Positions 61,246-64,000 of a stretch of 64,000 nt of DNA are shown here, piece by piece. The notes beneath the pieces are model-generated. The model was not told the DNA's origin. It saw only the letters and a list, made by a program, of their open reading frames with translations, and did not search any database. A program made the position numbers and the translations under genes. Numbering within the stretch: position 1 is the stretch's first letter; each line of letters begins with the position of its first letter. Source of the DNA: the human T2T-CHM13v2.0 reference genome, Homo sapiens; assembly GCF_009914755.1 (NCBI RefSeq), contig NC_060926.1. One strand, written 5' to 3'.

Positions 61246-61959
61246 GTGATCTTTCTCTTTCCATTTTATTCCTGCCCCCGCTCTTTTTCAGTTGTTCTTC
61301 CATGGCCATTCTTTCCCGGGCTCTGGGGACTATTTTCAGGGTTTCAAGGTACAAAGTGAAGTTCTGCTAGTTGTGCACTTGTGGTGCTGCCTTCGCCCCT
61401 GGCTCAGGTAGAGGCGAGGGCTGATCTCTTCTCTACCCTTCTGATATTCTTTTTCTTAAAAAATTTTTTTAATTTTTTTTTTTTTGTTCCTTTTAATGCT
61501 TGGGTCTGGACCTTCCAGTGTTCTTGTTTTCTCTGTGCCTCTGTTCATATACTCTCCCACCCCAACCACACCCTAATAGCTTTATTTATCAAACATATAA
61601 ATATCCATTAAACATAAGAGTGAGGTGAGGAACACAAAATTCCATCCGATCGGGTTCTTCCCCCGTAGGAGTTTACAGTCCAGTTGGAAGATGAATAGAG
61701 CTGGCCAGAATGCAAGTAGAAAATGGGATGTGCATATAAATCATGAAATGTGAGTGAGGAGTGTTAGAAAGGTGCCCAACTACCCGGCTGTTTGACCTGA
61801 GCTTCCCAGATAGGCAAGGTTTCTGTGGGGCCGTTTAGATTCAGAAACAATTTTATTGGGGCTTTCAAGGACCATCAGGTACATGGGTCTGATTTATGTT
61901 AACTCGTAAGAGATCAGCCTATAAATGAGGTTGCCAAAGAGTTAATCTACCATGTAGCC

Positions 61960-63925
61960 CCAGTGGAAAAATGGACAAGACATAAACCAATAGCTCACAA
62001 GAGAAGAAAAACAAATAGCCAATGAAAACACACTCTGTAAAGACATGTGAATAAAAACTTTGTTTTTCAACCTATCAAGTTGAAAAGGAGAAAGGAAAGT
62101 AAATACTCTCTGCCCCATTTTTGGGAATGAAAACTGAAACAACCAGTTTGGAGGTTAATTTGCCAAAGACTCTTTGGTTTGCAGTGATCTGATTTTATGA
62201 ATTTATGCCTAGAAAACATTCAGTGTACCCAGAGATTTACATAAAATGATATTCTTCACAATGTTATTTATAATAGTGATAAATTATAAACACATTGATG
62301 CATAGTAAAAAGGGAGTTGCTAAATCACAGAATGATTTATATTAGAATAATCACAGCCATTAAAAACTGCCTTCAACAAATATTTAAAGAAATGTGAAAA
62401 GGCTAATGATGTGTTAAGTGTGAAAAAGCAGGAATCAAAACCATATATATATGTATAGTATGATTAAAACTTTAAAGAAAATGCACATGTATAATATGCA
62501 GAGGAAAAATCAGAACAAAATAGTCAAAATGTTAAAGTGGTTGGTTCTAGGTGGTGACCATGAATAATTTTAGAAATTTACTTCTTTATACTTTATTGTG
62601 TTCCCTAATTTTTTTAAAAAAACTCATTTTTATCAAACTTCTATATGCAGATGGTTTAAAGAGTCAGCAGTTCTGGAAGGAGTTATTATGAAGAAATAAA
62701 ATATTCCTCTTTACTTCTCCTGCAGAAAAGACATTTCCCACTACCCTGAGACAACCACTTTCAACTCTGCTGTTTATTTTGATAACAAATATTCTCTGTT
62801 GAATTCACATGATGACTGATGAGGCCTGAGCTCCCTTTCACACATATCTTCCACTTCCTATCCACCTTTCTGTAGGAGCTATATTGTAATTTCAGTTTGA
62901 CCACTGATCAGTGTTTATATTTTTATGACTATTCACAGCTGAGCCATGTAGTGTACTATGATTATATTTTTTTTCTTGTACCACTTTCTGTTTCTCAAGT
63001 GAACAATTATCTTGTTGCTTCTCTTACTTGGTTTTCACTGTATGTCTCAGCTATTTCATGCAAAATTCACCCTCCCATGCAGCAAGTCATATCAAGTATT
63101 CTGTCAGTTTCTTCTTTTGCAGCCATCCCTCCTGCACCTTCTAACCTGCTGTAGCTGGGCTGGTGCCTCTTGCCTGCTGCACAGCTGTTATCCTGGGATT
63201 TCCCTTCAGGTTTATTAGGATTCTCTTTGCCTCTATCTCTTGTATTAGATCCCTGTTTCCAGGATCTCAGGTCTTACTGGTTTATTTCCTCACTTTGGTG
63301 GAATGTATATTTTATTAGTTTCCTGAGAAAAGAGTCATTGTAGGCAACTTTTGGGATACCTAGTATGTTTGAAAATGTTTTTATTCCTTCATACCGGACT
63401 GATACTTTGAAAATAGATTATATTTTTTCTCCCTTTGGAATTTTTAAGGCATTGTCCCATTGTCTTTCAGCTTCTATTTAAGTTGTTTAGAAGTCCCCTG
63501 CCAACCTGATCCCTGATCCATTGTCAGGAACCCATTTTTCCTCTCTGAAACTTAGGATCTGCCATTTTAACCTCCTGAAATTTCACAATCATAGGCTTTG
63601 GGGTAGGGCCTGGCTGGGTACCCACAATCTGGAAACTCATATCTTCCAGTTCTAACAAATTTTCCTGGATTATTTCTTTGGTTTATTTAGTTTCAGTCAG
63701 TCTCTTTTGTTACCCTGGAACTTCCACTATTCAGATGCTGGAGTTGCTGGAATGATCCTCTAATTATCTTACATTTCCTTTCTGTCTTTTTTCTTTATTT
63801 TGGGGAGAAATAGAAACTTCCTCAAGTTTATCATCTACCCCTTCTATTCTGTTTTTGAAATGTGATTCTATTTTTAAAGTGCCTTTTCCTGTTGTCTGGA
63901 TGTTCTTTTTTTCTTTAGCATCTTC
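61960..63925. mobile_element. Highly decayed L1M fragments in both orientations
   Basis: A-rich L1ME-like 3' end to about 62620, then T-rich antisense L1-like sequence. Confidence 0.5.
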
Positions 63926-63934
63926 TAAGCGGTT

Positions 63935-64000
63935 TAGGTTTTGTTTTGTTTTGTTTGAGACAGGCTCTCACTCTGTTGCCCAGGCTGGAGTGCAGTGGTG
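63935..64000 (-). mobile_element. Alu (partial, cut by the window edge)
   Basis: (TTTTG)n tail then gagacaggctctcactctgttgcccaggctggagtgcagtgg. Confidence 0.9.

Overview
Primate genomic DNA, almost certainly human (Alu-rich, with a very young AluYd-type insertion), from the ATP6V1E2-RHOQ locus (2p21 from recall). The minus strand carries the intronless 226-aa ATP6V1E2 CDS (17085-17765), a retrocopy of V-ATPase subunit E1, with a polyA signal at 16921-16926. A chain of predicted non-coding 5' exons (about 47250+, 46424-46487, 41644-41736, 40846-40960) links it to the CpG island at about 46.7-49.0 kb. It shares that island head-to-head with RHOQ/TC10, whose coding exons 1-2 are at 48080-48221 and 48787-48845; the rest of the window is RHOQ intron 2. 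Everything else is mostly transposon-derived (Alu, L1, MaLR/ERV LTRs, hAT fossils, MIR/L2), and nearly all other ORFs in the track are spurious. I found no convincing new protein-coding system. The best leads are: (1) a RHOQ 5'-leader cassette with a G-quadruplex and an overlapping uORF whose stop overlaps the Met9 AUG (TGATG); (2) a splice-junction-created uORF in front of ATP6V1E2; (3) two locally templated inverted insertions; (4) an orphan CpG-rich promoter at about 5 kb; (5) a young AluYd element. Repeat subfamily names come from recalled consensus sequences, not a database search, and repeat boundaries without a TSD are approximate.
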